IMG/VR virus record: IMGVR_UViG_3300015262_000001
Span: 62,001-126,000 of that record
Strand: one strand, 5' to 3'
DNA: 64,000 bases
Within the stretch, counting starts at the first letter, position 1, and each line of letters begins with the position of its first letter. The notes beneath the pieces were generated by a model that made no database searches, was not told the DNA's origin, and was given only the letters and a program-made list of their open reading frames with translations. A program made the position numbers and the translations under genes. Below are positions 27,601 to 37,212 of this stretch, in pieces.

Positions 27601-30600
27601 CGACACCATCATTGGTGCGCGTCGATTGGCGGCTAAACTCTTTACCAAAGAGAACAAGGAAGTATTGCTCAGCGGGTTGAACAAGATACGGGACTTTGCG
27701 GTCAAGGCATTCAAGTGGATGGATCCATTTGGTCGTGCAGTGGCTCTAAAGGACAGAATCGTTAATCGTTTCCACCAGATGGACGTTTACAAGGAGGGTG
27801 AATCCTCCCCGGTGTTGGTCGGCAAGCGTTTTGCCACCGGTGAATACTGGAAACGTGGTGAGGGTGGCGAAGCGGTTCAGCTGACGGGTTGGCATGAGAT
27901 CGATGGAGCGGTCTATGACAAGAACGGTGAGGTCATCATTACCCAAGAGGAATACGACCGCGGTCTGAAAACCTCGATGGGTCTGAGCATCAACAAGTTG
28001 GGTGCTGCCGGTAAGAAGTTCGGCGCGCTGACCATGGATCTGTTCAACAAAGCACGGGAAAAGGCGGGACCTGCGTTCGGTAAGGCCAAGGACGCCACCA
28101 TGAAGGCCCTCAAGGCCGACTACAGCCCGATCGTCAACGCAGTCGATCGTATCTACCACTTGCTGCTGAAGCACTGGGGCTACGCGCTGGAGATGCCTTT
28201 GGCACCCTCTACTGGTCCGACTAGCGATGAAGAGATTAGCGTCCCTGTAACGGATGTTAAACCTCCAAAGCTGAAGGTCAAGCTCAAAGCAACTGCCTAT
28301 GACAAGAAACCGGTAGGACCGGTCGATCGTCTGGAGATTCCAAAAGCTGCACAACAGCCAGAAGTACACCCTGAGGAGTTGGCACGTCGGGAGACGGAAG
28401 ATACCAAACCTAAAGGTGGTCTCTACAGAAATGTTGAGGAAGAGATCAAGCGGCGTACTCGCGAGCAGTTGGGTGAACAGCCTACCGAGGACAACCGTCT
28501 TAACTCCCGTGCTGACAAGATTCAAAAGGCTAAGGAGAAGAAAGACGAAGACGCCAAAGATGCCATGATCAAGTTGAGCCAGGGCTTTGGGTTCTTCGGT
28601 GGAAAGGGAGACAAGGAGAAGAAGGAAAGCACGGGTATCTTTGGTCTGTTGAAAGACGGTCTGGGTGCAATTGCCGGTGGTATCTTCGGTCTTACCAAGT
28701 TCTTCACTGGTTCGTGGTGGAACAGCTTCAAGACGCTGGGTAATTTTGCCAGCATTGGTATCAAGACATTGCCCGCCATCGCCACAGGGATTGGAGCGCT
28801 TGCGAAGGGAATCTTTACGCTTCTGCGCACAGGCAGTATTACAAATGCCGGTGCTGATACCTTTGACCATCTGCGAGGAAAGAAACGCACGAAAGCTCAG
28901 CGAGACGCTGCCCGTGCTCGCCGTCGTACTCCTGGTGGTCGTGTTGGTAAAGGTAGTTGGAAACTGGGCGCTGGCATGGCGATGAACTTTGGCGTAGATG
29001 CACTGGTAAACTCGGGGATGATCGACGAGGGTGGTGCGCTCGAGAAGCTTGGTGATATCGCTTCTACTGCTACTACTGTAGTGGGTGGGTATCAGATGGC
29101 TGCTGGTGTCGCTTCGGCTGTCGGCGTTGACATCGGTGTAGGTGCCATGGCCGGTGCAGCGGGTACTGCGTTGTCGGCAGGTTGGGGTCTCGCGGCTCCG
29201 TTGCTGTTTAACCCGATAACTCTGGGTGCATTGGCGGTCGGCGCAGTCGGCTACGGCATCTACCGTTACGTTAAGCGTGGTTCAGGTAAGCAGTTCGAAC
29301 TCCGCATGACGCAATACGGTGTGTCGGATCCTGACAGTGACCTCGCTAAGAAGATCCTGCAAGTTGAGGAGAAGCTCACCAACTTCGTGGTCATCGGCAA
29401 CGGTCGCGCATCGTTCTCTAAAGAGGCTCCGCTTCAAGAGATCCTCAAGGCGTTCATCACTGACCCTAACAGCAAGCAACAACTGGGAAGTATTTTCAGC
29501 TGGTTCAACGGTCGCTTCAAGCCGGTGTTCCTGACCTACATGGCCTGTCTGGATGTGGTCAAGTTGAAGTCGTTAAAGGAATACGATGATGCTGTAAGTC
29601 AAGACGTCTACAAGGTAGCCAAGCAGGTCAACCAGACCCTCGGTTCGGTGATGCCATTTCCGTATTCGATTGTTGCCAAGATCGATCCGGACACACCGCT
29701 TCTTGGTGAGAAGGCAACTGTCGTTCGCTGCAACAACTTGCTGGATGAGCTGCGGCAGTACATCAATCGCAAAACCGATACCACCGCTGATGCCGAAGCC
29801 ATCAAGACCCCTCAAGGTGTGGAGTCGCTGAAGAAGGAACAAGCGAGTCTGCAAGCAGTTGTAAATGCACCTCGTGGTTTCTTTGAAAGCAATGACAAGT
29901 TGCAGGCTGTGATCAAAGCTCAGACTCGTTTGAGTGAGATCGACAGTCAGCTGGGGCAACTGAACAGCAGCTACAAGGTAAGTGCAGTAGCCGCGCAGGT
30001 CTTTATTAAGGACTTGCTGCCTGACAATCGCCCGGTGGATATGCTCACTGGCATTCGTTTGGCGTGCTACGGTAACGACCTGGACTTGACCTGGCGTGTG
30101 GAAGCCGTTCTGAAACTGGAACGCCACTGTGAATCCCTGATGGTTATTTCTGAAGGGGGTGCTCAGTTCAAGGGTCAAGTAGGTGACATGTTCGGTCTCT
30201 TCAAGGATTCCTTCCGCGTTGACAGTGGTGATGCAGATAACTGGTGCCGGTGGTTTAAAGACCGTTTCATGCCAGTCCTCATCAACTACTTCAACCTCAT
30301 CCAAAATTACCGTCGTGGTAATCCGGGTGTGGTGTGGAGAACCCTGTCGGTAACCGCACGCTATGAGATTGCCAAGGGGCTGGTAGAGACCAAGGCGGAA
30401 CCAGGCGCTGGGTTGATTGTACCGATTTGGAATGTCAGGGCTGCACCGTTTAAAGACGCGGTATCTCCAGGTAAACCAGACCGGGTAGACCGGATGCTGA
30501 ACGTGCTTGGTGAAGCCAGTACAACGGCTAAGCTGAAGGATCCTGAGAAGGAAGCAGGTAAAACCAACACCCAGTCCTGGGCTACAGCCATCTCCCCTCA

Positions 30601-32644
30601 CAAGACGGGTGGTGCCTTTACAACGAAGCAGGCAAACATCGATGATGTGAGCAAGGCTAGAAATAGTCGCGACGTTGGCTTGGGTGGGCAGTACGGTACG
30701 AGCACCGGTCGTGGTTCGGGGACCGGTAACACCTTTAACCTGGGCGGTGCTTATCAGACCCCGGGTAATTCTTACGGCTACCAGCCACTGACCGGCTCCA
30801 GCGACACAAGTCACCTGGACCTCAGCGGAGTGAAGGAAGCCGATGGTAAGGATAACGGTGTTAAGGTACCTAAGCAGTTGGCAGAGCAGCTCATCATTCG
30901 CGAGATGTTGAAACAGGGCTTTACTGACCCTCGTGCTATTGCTGAGATGTTGGCACTTACCAACTACGAGACCGAAGGCTACGGTCGTACTGTAGAAAAC
31001 ATGCGTTACACCACCCCTGATAATTTGGTGAAGACCTTCCGTGAGGTTACCAGTCTGGAACAGGCGCGTGCGCTTATTGCAGCAGGTCCTGTGGCTATTG
31101 CTAACGCCGTTTACGGTGGTGGTAAGGGTCAGTCACTGGGTAACGTTGCACCAGGGGATGGGTGGAAGTATCGTGGTCGTGGCTTGGTACAACTGACGGG
31201 TCGTGCGCAATACGCTCGCATTGGACAACAACTGGGTATCGACCTGGTCAACAATCCAGAGCTGGCGTCTAACGATCCAAACGTCATGGCGGCTATCGCG
31301 GTTAACTTCTACAAGAACAGTAAGCTGTTGCAAAGCATCACCCAGGACGGTAACTTCGGTCGTGCAGCCACTGGCTTGAATGGTGGTAACGAACTGCCAG
31401 GTATGCCTAAGCGGTTCCAACTCTACACCTCTTACCTGCAACAACTGCAAAGCGGCCAGTTGAAAGCTGACGATGCTGCTGCGCAGGGTACGAACACGGC
31501 GCCTACTCAAGGTGCGGGTTCGATGTACGGTGGTGGTAGCAGCCCGGCTCCAACGATCGGTGGTGGTAACACTCCTCAGATTGGTGCGGCTCCAGGCGGT
31601 GGTTCTCGCAACGCAGCTGCTTACAGCACGCCTCCAAGTTTGATGGCTCCAGGAGGTGGTGGTGGGAATTACGGTGGTGACTACGGGAACGCGGCTCCTA
31701 GTGAGCCAGGGTCTCTGGTCGGCGGTGGTACGGGTATTAACTCGAGCGGCTTGCGTCTTAAGTCAGGAGAGGCCATTGCGGGGGGTAACTCCCATCCTGG
31801 TATTACCCGTCTGGCCCAACTGATCCAGACTCAGGTCCCTAACTTCCGCTACTTCTCTGCGCTGAACGACGCTTTCCATAAACGGACTAAGCCTAATTCC
31901 AAGCATGCTGTAGGCTTGGCGTTGGACTTTACCTTGACCAACGGTGCAAGTGGTGCGGGTCAAGCCATTGGCATTGTAACGGGTATCTTGCGGACTGCTA
32001 ACTTGGGTCCTGCTGACTTCCTGTTGCTTAACGAGTACGCTAAGGCTTCGGCTGGTGCTACTGGTGGTCACGTCCATGTGGGCTTCAAGTCCCAGGAAGC
32101 AGCTGACAAGTTTGCACAAGCGTCTGGGGCTAATCAGCCAGCAGGTCAGGACACAACAGCGGGTGGTACGGTAACTGAAAAGGGTCAGCAGTACGATCCT
32201 GGTCAGATGCCTTCTGCTCCGCCTGATACTTCGACCACTCCAACACCAGCAATGCAAAGCAACGCCCCTGTTGCTGGGGGTCCTCAAGTTGCGCCGGGAG
32301 CAGGTGGGGGAGCAATCCCTGGTCCGTACACCTCCCTGCCATTGCCGGGTAACCAAGGTTCTACTGCTAACCCTAGTGGGCCTGTTGCTGGCCCTGGTGC
32401 TGTTCCGCAGCCCAATAGCCAGCTTCCGCCTGAGGGCTACAATAAACCCGCGCCTAAACAACAAGCTAACAATCAGCAAGCTGCACCAGCTGATCCAGGT
32501 GGCTTGATGGAGAAACTCACTACTGTTGTTGGTGAGGGCACCGGTAAGCAGGATACAACCAACCAGTTGCTGCAACAAATTGCTGGACTGTTGAAATCGA
32601 TGGAGAGCAATTCGAAGCCTACTTCGCCTGCTGTCACTATCTGA
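24641..32644 (+). CDS. Giant tail-associated lysin / tape-measure-like protein (phiKZ gp181-like), 2667 aa, with GH19 and M15-like domains
   Basis: Acidic N-terminus; Gly/Ala-rich hydrophobic helices; GH19 motif GDGWKYRGRGLVQLTGR; SKH-x6-D...HVH zinc-peptidase motif; synteny. Confidence 0.88.
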   Translation: MADDFDSWDDDPFGGDLDFDDDFDKPKAGFIRSFATGFLSGVVGKTVGDTDARVNTLKMVLPNTWLGTFSNVALLNQRRKEVMEEIKGDSYQTVQDLQYLAQRAGTKLGKGGPNKISDQLMKFSSHDFSDWEKVDYSGDGDSPPRMGETTDDEVKMVMEASEANSLLERSTMETIADRTMSMMSEVGGRTIGSMNGMNRALVRNNQLMEQLVDFQRRVQARNDAMQLNVMTRMYLTNAKYYKFQEVAQHRVIAELKSIREFSKMSDYEKTSHGQAIRKEIRSQFFSTVKSKFGGISEFINDKFGKDARTGTIGAVGDVVGSVRMAAEMTEGMTLNLGDIAGNAAAGLFISQLPRIMKSGKAREYLAKFKKNYPKQAKWAEDAYKRMEDLGNVATYTTGNAAGLVNAMQRHYVGGMDVNAHENYDEYLASLPPGAKPTPKLEWEVLNTLKKTANKGLGALYENTWSSSGSRYSLTNRTLADSYEQSQWTRRSDRTLNEIIPQWLSQIHLSLEKQRTGDDRMKPMSYDYVKARFISHEQKVNNVVNKVIDRNSFSSVATSSNNITDTIDQLGLGALSPEAKKALSMELIMGSDKEEAFTPWNFLKLDEHSGVSPKVAKEIRRAMKAAFDITDDHISAFEGGSDADRIKMAGYLPTEKARKNVVGVADAVKSLGNLVPDIAAQLDIHKGTGSYDALKESGLVTTDEYNRDDINMDMIKQAIASYIEDPSRRNPTIPDRAPLPTRPGSFGGFPYTVPTFGNRTPVIPGEDSPEGLKVQGMDKLTESLGSIGDLKTAINNMGGPSNPLAQMLNLDPLNAGMTTLNEQVKRLVEMGGERNDLLTRILNGQPGGGKPPTSEDQHDVTAGKRSIIDRLKATNLKDMFNKGVDKLLDAQPLVLGGLLGGLAAYAFHDPKAAALLGGGAAVALAYGRFHSMSKAREALDSEDLYEEGSDVPILEANKLANRNYYDATKGFLITSWKQITGSVKDMTNDTIIGARRLAAKLFTKENKEVLLSGLNKIRDFAVKAFKWMDPFGRAVALKDRIVNRFHQMDVYKEGESSPVLVGKRFATGEYWKRGEGGEAVQLTGWHEIDGAVYDKNGEVIITQEEYDRGLKTSMGLSINKLGAAGKKFGALTMDLFNKAREKAGPAFGKAKDATMKALKADYSPIVNAVDRIYHLLLKHWGYALEMPLAPSTGPTSDEEISVPVTDVKPPKLKVKLKATAYDKKPVGPVDRLEIPKAAQQPEVHPEELARRETEDTKPKGGLYRNVEEEIKRRTREQLGEQPTEDNRLNSRADKIQKAKEKKDEDAKDAMIKLSQGFGFFGGKGDKEKKESTGIFGLLKDGLGAIAGGIFGLTKFFTGSWWNSFKTLGNFASIGIKTLPAIATGIGALAKGIFTLLRTGSITNAGADTFDHLRGKKRTKAQRDAARARRRTPGGRVGKGSWKLGAGMAMNFGVDALVNSGMIDEGGALEKLGDIASTATTVVGGYQMAAGVASAVGVDIGVGAMAGAAGTALSAGWGLAAPLLFNPITLGALAVGAVGYGIYRYVKRGSGKQFELRMTQYGVSDPDSDLAKKILQVEEKLTNFVVIGNGRASFSKEAPLQEILKAFITDPNSKQQLGSIFSWFNGRFKPVFLTYMACLDVVKLKSLKEYDDAVSQDVYKVAKQVNQTLGSVMPFPYSIVAKIDPDTPLLGEKATVVRCNNLLDELRQYINRKTDTTADAEAIKTPQGVESLKKEQASLQAVVNAPRGFFESNDKLQAVIKAQTRLSEIDSQLGQLNSSYKVSAVAAQVFIKDLLPDNRPVDMLTGIRLACYGNDLDLTWRVEAVLKLERHCESLMVISEGGAQFKGQVGDMFGLFKDSFRVDSGDADNWCRWFKDRFMPVLINYFNLIQNYRRGNPGVVWRTLSVTARYEIAKGLVETKAEPGAGLIVPIWNVRAAPFKDAVSPGKPDRVDRMLNVLGEASTTAKLKDPEKEAGKTNTQSWATAISPHKTGGAFTTKQANIDDVSKARNSRDVGLGGQYGTSTGRGSGTGNTFNLGGAYQTPGNSYGYQPLTGSSDTSHLDLSGVKEADGKDNGVKVPKQLAEQLIIREMLKQGFTDPRAIAEMLALTNYETEGYGRTVENMRYTTPDNLVKTFREVTSLEQARALIAAGPVAIANAVYGGGKGQSLGNVAPGDGWKYRGRGLVQLTGRAQYARIGQQLGIDLVNNPELASNDPNVMAAIAVNFYKNSKLLQSITQDGNFGRAATGLNGGNELPGMPKRFQLYTSYLQQLQSGQLKADDAAAQGTNTAPTQGAGSMYGGGSSPAPTIGGGNTPQIGAAPGGGSRNAAAYSTPPSLMAPGGGGGNYGGDYGNAAPSEPGSLVGGGTGINSSGLRLKSGEAIAGGNSHPGITRLAQLIQTQVPNFRYFSALNDAFHKRTKPNSKHAVGLALDFTLTNGASGAGQAIGIVTGILRTANLGPADFLLLNEYAKASAGATGGHVHVGFKSQEAADKFAQASGANQPAGQDTTAGGTVTEKGQQYDPGQMPSAPPDTSTTPTPAMQSNAPVAGGPQVAPGAGGGAIPGPYTSLPLPGNQGSTANPSGPVAGPGAVPQPNSQLPPEGYNKPAPKQQANNQQAAPADPGGLMEKLTTVVGEGTGKQDTTNQLLQQIAGLLKSMESNSKPTSPAVTI

Positions 32645-32649
32645 TTGTA

Positions 32650-32685
32650 CGGAGGTGGGGTCACACCCACTTCCGCTTTTTTCTT
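32650..32685 (+). terminator. Intrinsic terminator between the gp181-like and gp182-like genes
   Basis: cggaggtggg-gtcaca-cccacttccg followed by a T-tract. Confidence 0.75.
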
Positions 32686-32707
32686 TTCACAAACCAGGTA
32701 TTTATCA

Positions 32708-34882
32708 ATGGCCGTAACAATTCGAGACCGCGACATTATCACCAAGTCGTTTCGATTGCTTACACGTGGTGTACAACCCAGCGACCTGTTACAGCAAATG
32801 GACTGGGACCGCTACTTCAACGTGTTTAGCAGCGCAACAGGTGACAACCGCTACGTTAACCCTGTTCCACAATGCAGCCCTGCTACCGATCCTCGTTACA
32901 GCCGCTTCCTGAATTCGTCTGAAGGCGGCATGGGTAGCATGTACAAAGAGGTTTACGAGAACAACGTAACCCTGCTGACCCTTACACCGAGCGTACCTCA
33001 GTTTGCTGGTCTGCTGAGTTTTATCACCAACATGTTCAGCCCTACTGCTGCGATCATTGCTAACAAAGGTCGTGCTCCAGGATTGGCGTACTACATGGGT
33101 CAGGCGGCTACTGCTATTGCTTTCTGGCCTATGCAGTTGATCAGTATCGGTATTCAGTTCCTGTCGTTCCTGACGGATTCACCCAAGAATAACTTCTGGA
33201 CCTGTAAGCCAGCGATGGGTGCCTACACCATGGCATCTACTGGGGTACTCAATGACTTCATGGTTAAGCTGGGTTACATTGACCCGGTGCTGCCTAAACG
33301 TGGCCAGGAACAAACTGACGGGCTGTACGGCCGTAAGCCTGACTATGACAACAGCAAAGCAGTGCAAGACCTCAGCCTGCTGATGCCCGACGTTATCAAC
33401 GCCGATGGCACAGTCGACTTGATGCGGTTGATCATGAAGGGTACTCGTAAACATCGGGTCATGTTGAATAAGCTGGCTCAGATGGATAACGAGGCGCTGA
33501 CTACACCGGATGAGAAGTTCCTTCGTGCACAGCAGCTCATGGAAGAAGTCACTTTCGATGACACAGTCTGGGCGGGTGATCCTACCCAACAGTTTATCGA
33601 GAAGGAGTTTGGCTCGGTTGGCAAGTACCGTGGTGAGGATGAAGGCAAGTTCGTTGAACAGGACAGTGCGTATGCCAACGAATCTGCATATTCCAATATC
33701 AACAACGCTGACCAAGGTTTGGCTTCCTTTAACGTAGACCAGGCCGCATCAGCAAGCGGTGGCGGCGGTACCAGTGCTGGGATGGAACCCTCCAGTCAGG
33801 GTGCTCCAGGTGCTACACCGGGCATTAACCCTAACCAGCAATCGAGCCGTCCTCAGCCAGCCTCTTCACAGACCGGTGGTAATGCGGCTATTGCGAGTGG
33901 ACAAACCATTTCGTATGAAGACAACCCGAATGATCGTACTTGGGCAGGTGACGTAGCCGACCTGGTACAGACTGCATTCTCCGGTGGTCTGGATGCAATC
34001 ACTTTCCGAGTAGACGGTGGCGTGGGTCCGGTAACCGATAGTTTCTCCAACAGTCACTCTCCGTCACCGATGGCCTCGAAGTTCAACTCTGTTGTTAAAG
34101 CAGCGAACGACTTCCGCTTTGACGTGGCAGGTGGTGCTACAGGTATCGGTATCATCGACTCCGTTGTTAACACCATCAAGGAAGGTGCCATTGGTGCTCT
34201 GTCGGGTACTGTGATCGGCAACATTCCCCTGGCGTTGGTAAACAACAGCTACGTGAAGATCGCTGACCACTGGGACGGTTCGACAACTAACCTGCACAAG
34301 GAAAGTTACTCGATTACGTCTCACTGCAACTACGCTCATCCTTATGAGCAGATCATGAAGATCTGGGTACTGTTGGCTCTGTTCCTGCCAATGGTTGCAC
34401 CGAACACTGCGGGTGGTTCTACTTACACCTCGCCGTTCATGCTGAAAGCGTTCTGCAAGTCGCGTTCGATCATTCGCACCGGCATGATGGAAAGTCTGAG
34501 CTTTACTCTTGGCTCTGGTGATGGCGGTTGGACTCTGGATCGTCGTCCTCTGAACATCAAGATCGACTTCACCATCGTCGACCTGGAACCGTTGATCACC
34601 GTTCCTATCGACCGTTCGATCAGCTTGCTCGACATGACCAACCCGTCCCAGGTAGCTAACCGTCTGTTTAACGACGATACTGCTTACAACAACTACCTGT
34701 CACGTCTGACCGGTATTGACTACCTCGATACCGTGATGAAATATGCACGTCTCAACCGTAACCTCACAGGCATCAGCCTTGATATGAAACAGAGCATCCG
34801 AGCTGACAACATTGCAGCCAAGGTGAACGACTCTATCATTGGTGACCTGGCCCGCATCTTTGTACGTCCTGTATCCCGATAA
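32708..34882 (+). CDS. Virion tail/baseplate protein, phiKZ gp182-like, 724 aa
   Basis: ATG at 32708 (MAVTIRD); follows the gp181-like gene; beta-rich hub-like C-terminal region. Confidence 0.75.
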   Translation: MAVTIRDRDIITKSFRLLTRGVQPSDLLQQMDWDRYFNVFSSATGDNRYVNPVPQCSPATDPRYSRFLNSSEGGMGSMYKEVYENNVTLLTLTPSVPQFAGLLSFITNMFSPTAAIIANKGRAPGLAYYMGQAATAIAFWPMQLISIGIQFLSFLTDSPKNNFWTCKPAMGAYTMASTGVLNDFMVKLGYIDPVLPKRGQEQTDGLYGRKPDYDNSKAVQDLSLLMPDVINADGTVDLMRLIMKGTRKHRVMLNKLAQMDNEALTTPDEKFLRAQQLMEEVTFDDTVWAGDPTQQFIEKEFGSVGKYRGEDEGKFVEQDSAYANESAYSNINNADQGLASFNVDQAASASGGGGTSAGMEPSSQGAPGATPGINPNQQSSRPQPASSQTGGNAAIASGQTISYEDNPNDRTWAGDVADLVQTAFSGGLDAITFRVDGGVGPVTDSFSNSHSPSPMASKFNSVVKAANDFRFDVAGGATGIGIIDSVVNTIKEGAIGALSGTVIGNIPLALVNNSYVKIADHWDGSTTNLHKESYSITSHCNYAHPYEQIMKIWVLLALFLPMVAPNTAGGSTYTSPFMLKAFCKSRSIIRTGMMESLSFTLGSGDGGWTLDRRPLNIKIDFTIVDLEPLITVPIDRSISLLDMTNPSQVANRLFNDDTAYNNYLSRLTGIDYLDTVMKYARLNRNLTGISLDMKQSIRADNIAAKVNDSIIGDLARIFVRPVSR

Positions 34883-34897
34883 AAAACATAGTGGTAA

Positions 34898-34939
34898 CTA
34901 TAACCCCTCCTACCCTTTGCGGGGTAGGAGGGGTTATAG
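34898..34939. terminator. Bidirectional intrinsic terminator
   Basis: ctataacccctcctaccc / gggtaggaggggttatag inverted repeat between convergent genes. Confidence 0.85.
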
Positions 34940-34944
34940 CGTGT

Positions 34945-36051
34945 TTAGAAAGCGTACTTTGCCGCACCAGGGAATTGACCCCTCAGTGTACCCAAGGCCG
35001 AAGCATCATGGAACATGCCTGCGGTACACAGCAGAGGAACCAAGACGTCCTCAGGCTGTAACAACTTCTTGAGGTCTACGCTGGCAGCATTCATCAAACC
35101 CAGATCCAGCACCTTACCGAAATAGGTTTGTTTCATGTACCACTCAGGTCCAATCAGGTCAACCAGAATAGCCAACAGCTTGGCACGTATCACAGGATAC
35201 TCTTCTGGAATGGTCGTCTTGTCAAACCGGAAGTTACTGAACAACACAGAAACGAATCGAGGATACTTGCTCAACAATACGTTTTTGGTTTGTGTATCGA
35301 ACAGTTTAAGCATGGCATCCATGGATTCAATGTCACCATTAGTGATCACATTCTCCATGGCTTCAAGCGCCGCATCTCGCTTGATCAATTCAAATCCTTT
35401 CGGATAAGAATCCCAGATCTTGCGATAACTATCAGACATACCAAAGATAGACGCGTTCTTCAGCACGCTGTTATAGAACGCACCCTTGACACTAACGTCC
35501 AACAAGTCATCGGCACCAGCTGCTTTACCGAGCATGTTCAGGGTTTGTTTACCCAACTGTCCACGCCAGTTATCATTGACCCGGAAGTTGGTGCCGCTGG
35601 TGGTCAGGATATTACCGATATTCAACCCGGTGATCTTCTTGAACTCAGCAGCCAAAGACGCTGACAATGCACGAGCTGCACCGTTCTGACCACCATTGAT
35701 CTTGTAGCCGGCCGCGCTTGACACCGCAGAGATGATGGCGTTATCGCTAAAGGCGATACCGTCAGGACCCATTCTGATACTCTTGGTGAGATCCTTAAGG
35801 TTCAGGATACCGCCAGACAGGGAACCGATAATACCGTTCAGTTGTTCCACAGCGGTAGAACGGTATTCACTGATGGTACCCATTACGCCGGTATCACGGC
35901 TGGTCTTTAACGCCACACCTTGTTTCTGGTTAGCCGTGGTAATGTCAGCTGGAGTAAGAGACGATTCCTTGACCGACTTCATGGCAGTGTTGGTATTGCT
36001 TTGGAAACTGGTAACAGATGGATTGAGGTCCAATCCGCTGAATAAGTCCAT
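34945..36051 (-). CDS. Conserved jumbo-phage protein, probably virion-associated, 368 aa (start refined to MDLFSGL)
   Basis: ATG at 36051 downstream of a terminator; the upstream extension in the ORF track runs through the hairpin. Confidence 0.65.
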   Translation of the reverse strand: MDLFSGLDLNPSVTSFQSNTNTAMKSVKESSLTPADITTANQKQGVALKTSRDTGVMGTISEYRSTAVEQLNGIIGSLSGGILNLKDLTKSIRMGPDGIAFSDNAIISAVSSAAGYKINGGQNGAARALSASLAAEFKKITGLNIGNILTTSGTNFRVNDNWRGQLGKQTLNMLGKAAGADDLLDVSVKGAFYNSVLKNASIFGMSDSYRKIWDSYPKGFELIKRDAALEAMENVITNGDIESMDAMLKLFDTQTKNVLLSKYPRFVSVLFSNFRFDKTTIPEEYPVIRAKLLAILVDLIGPEWYMKQTYFGKVLDLGLMNAASVDLKKLLQPEDVLVPLLCTAGMFHDASALGTLRGQFPGAAKYAF

Positions 36052-36088
36052 GGAGTGTCTCCGATAAACAAAAAAATAAAGGAGGTTA

Positions 36089-36110
36089 AGGCGGGGGAAA
36101 TCCCCCGCCT
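36089..36110 (-). terminator. Intrinsic terminator
   Basis: aggcggggga-aa-tcccccgcct with downstream T-rich tract on the minus strand. Confidence 0.65.
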
Positions 36111-36122
36111 GTACCGTACCGG

Positions 36123-36566
36123 TCAAGAACTTTCAGGTTCGTCATCACGTACCGGAGGTAGTTGCGCACGGTCTTTACCGACAATACGCTGCACCTCCGA
36201 TACTTCATATACCTTGCCTTCGGTATCGGTTATCCTGAAGATAATCTCCACCTTGGCCATCCTTAAAATTGAAAGTCCTTCCAGAAACTTGCTGAATGTA
36301 AGACCAGGTTTCTGAAAGTACGTGTCCTTGATATTACCGGTTCGAGTCGTACGTTCCTCTTTTGCCTTATCGGGATCTTCGGTAGTAACTCGCCAGTCCA
36401 GGTAATCCCTGAGATAGCTGATCCACTTACGCGGATTCATGTCCATCTTCCGTAACAGCTTTCTGAACAACCGTGCAGGTGTGTCCTGGAGCTGATCATC
36501 GTCCACATACTTGTGAGAGATACTGTCGAGTTGATTAGCCCTTAAGTTTTTCTTTGGCTTCTCCAT
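36123..36566 (-). CDS. Conserved jumbo-phage hypothetical protein, 147 aa
   Basis: ARLFRKLL...W..YL...GNIK...LTFSKFLEGL pattern seen in phiKZ-family hypotheticals. Confidence 0.7.
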   Translation of the reverse strand: MEKPKKNLRANQLDSISHKYVDDDQLQDTPARLFRKLLRKMDMNPRKWISYLRDYLDWRVTTEDPDKAKEERTTRTGNIKDTYFQKPGLTFSKFLEGLSILRMAKVEIIFRITDTEGKVYEVSEVQRIVGKDRAQLPPVRDDEPESS

Positions 36567-37161
36567 TGAGCACCCTTAGCTGTGATTGCACAATTAGCCG
36601 AGCAATGGCGATTAAGTCTTCAGTTAACATTTTGAAGTGTTTGCTCGCCAAGAATGCATCGAGTGGTGGATTGAAGGAAGACTTCTTCTTCTTAGCCTGA
36701 TCTGGAGACAGCTGTTCTGCATGTTGCTCGCAGTACTGCTTGACCAGGTTAACCCCATACGTAAAGAAGACTTCCGTTGTATAACCACTACTGTACCAGT
36801 CCATGAATGGTACCTTACTACCCACACCAAAGCTACGGAAAGTATCTTCCACCTTGACGGGGTTACCGCTTACTAGCCCGTATAACAGCCTGTGAGCCTC
36901 ACCAGAGGTGCGAGTGTAAACACTCAGTTCTAGGGTATAGAACCAGTCAAAGTCCTCCACCAGCTCGACACCACTGACTTGTAGCAGCGCATCGTATAGA
37001 AGTGTCACAGAGTCAATAAAACGGACCTTTGCAGACCCGTAACCTCTCTGAACCTCATCGAATTGATTCAGCAACTGGTTATAATGCTCCAGTTGCGCCC
37101 ATCTCCCTACAAAAGGAAGCTTACCGAGTAGCTGCAATGCGGACCGCTTGGTGAGTATCAT
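36535..37161 (-). CDS. Hypothetical protein, 208 aa (start refined to MILTKRS)
   Basis: ATG about 30 nt downstream of a CCTATATTAC promoter; overlaps the next gene. Confidence 0.7.
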   Translation of the reverse strand: MILTKRSALQLLGKLPFVGRWAQLEHYNQLLNQFDEVQRGYGSAKVRFIDSVTLLYDALLQVSGVELVEDFDWFYTLELSVYTRTSGEAHRLLYGLVSGNPVKVEDTFRSFGVGSKVPFMDWYSSGYTTEVFFTYGVNLVKQYCEQHAEQLSPDQAKKKKSSFNPPLDAFLASKHFKMLTEDLIAIARLIVQSQLRVLNGEAKEKLKG

Positions 37162-37191
37162 GAACTCATGCCCCTTACTGTTCTCAGGTAA

Positions 37192-37210
37192 GTAATATAG
37201 GTTTAAAAAA
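37192..37210 (-). promoter_or_regulatory. Early promoter (TTTTTTAAA-CCTATATTAC)
   Basis: Exact 10-mer plus T-tract between divergent genes. Confidence 0.75.
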
Positions 37211-37212
37211 TT

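Noticed and set aside
32271-32507. Alternative-frame ORF with a Leu-rich hydrophobic stretch in the Pro/Ala/Gly tail of the lysin
   Set aside because: TTG start and no clear RBS. The Leu/Val run is the expected +1 read of CCT/GCT/GGT codons.
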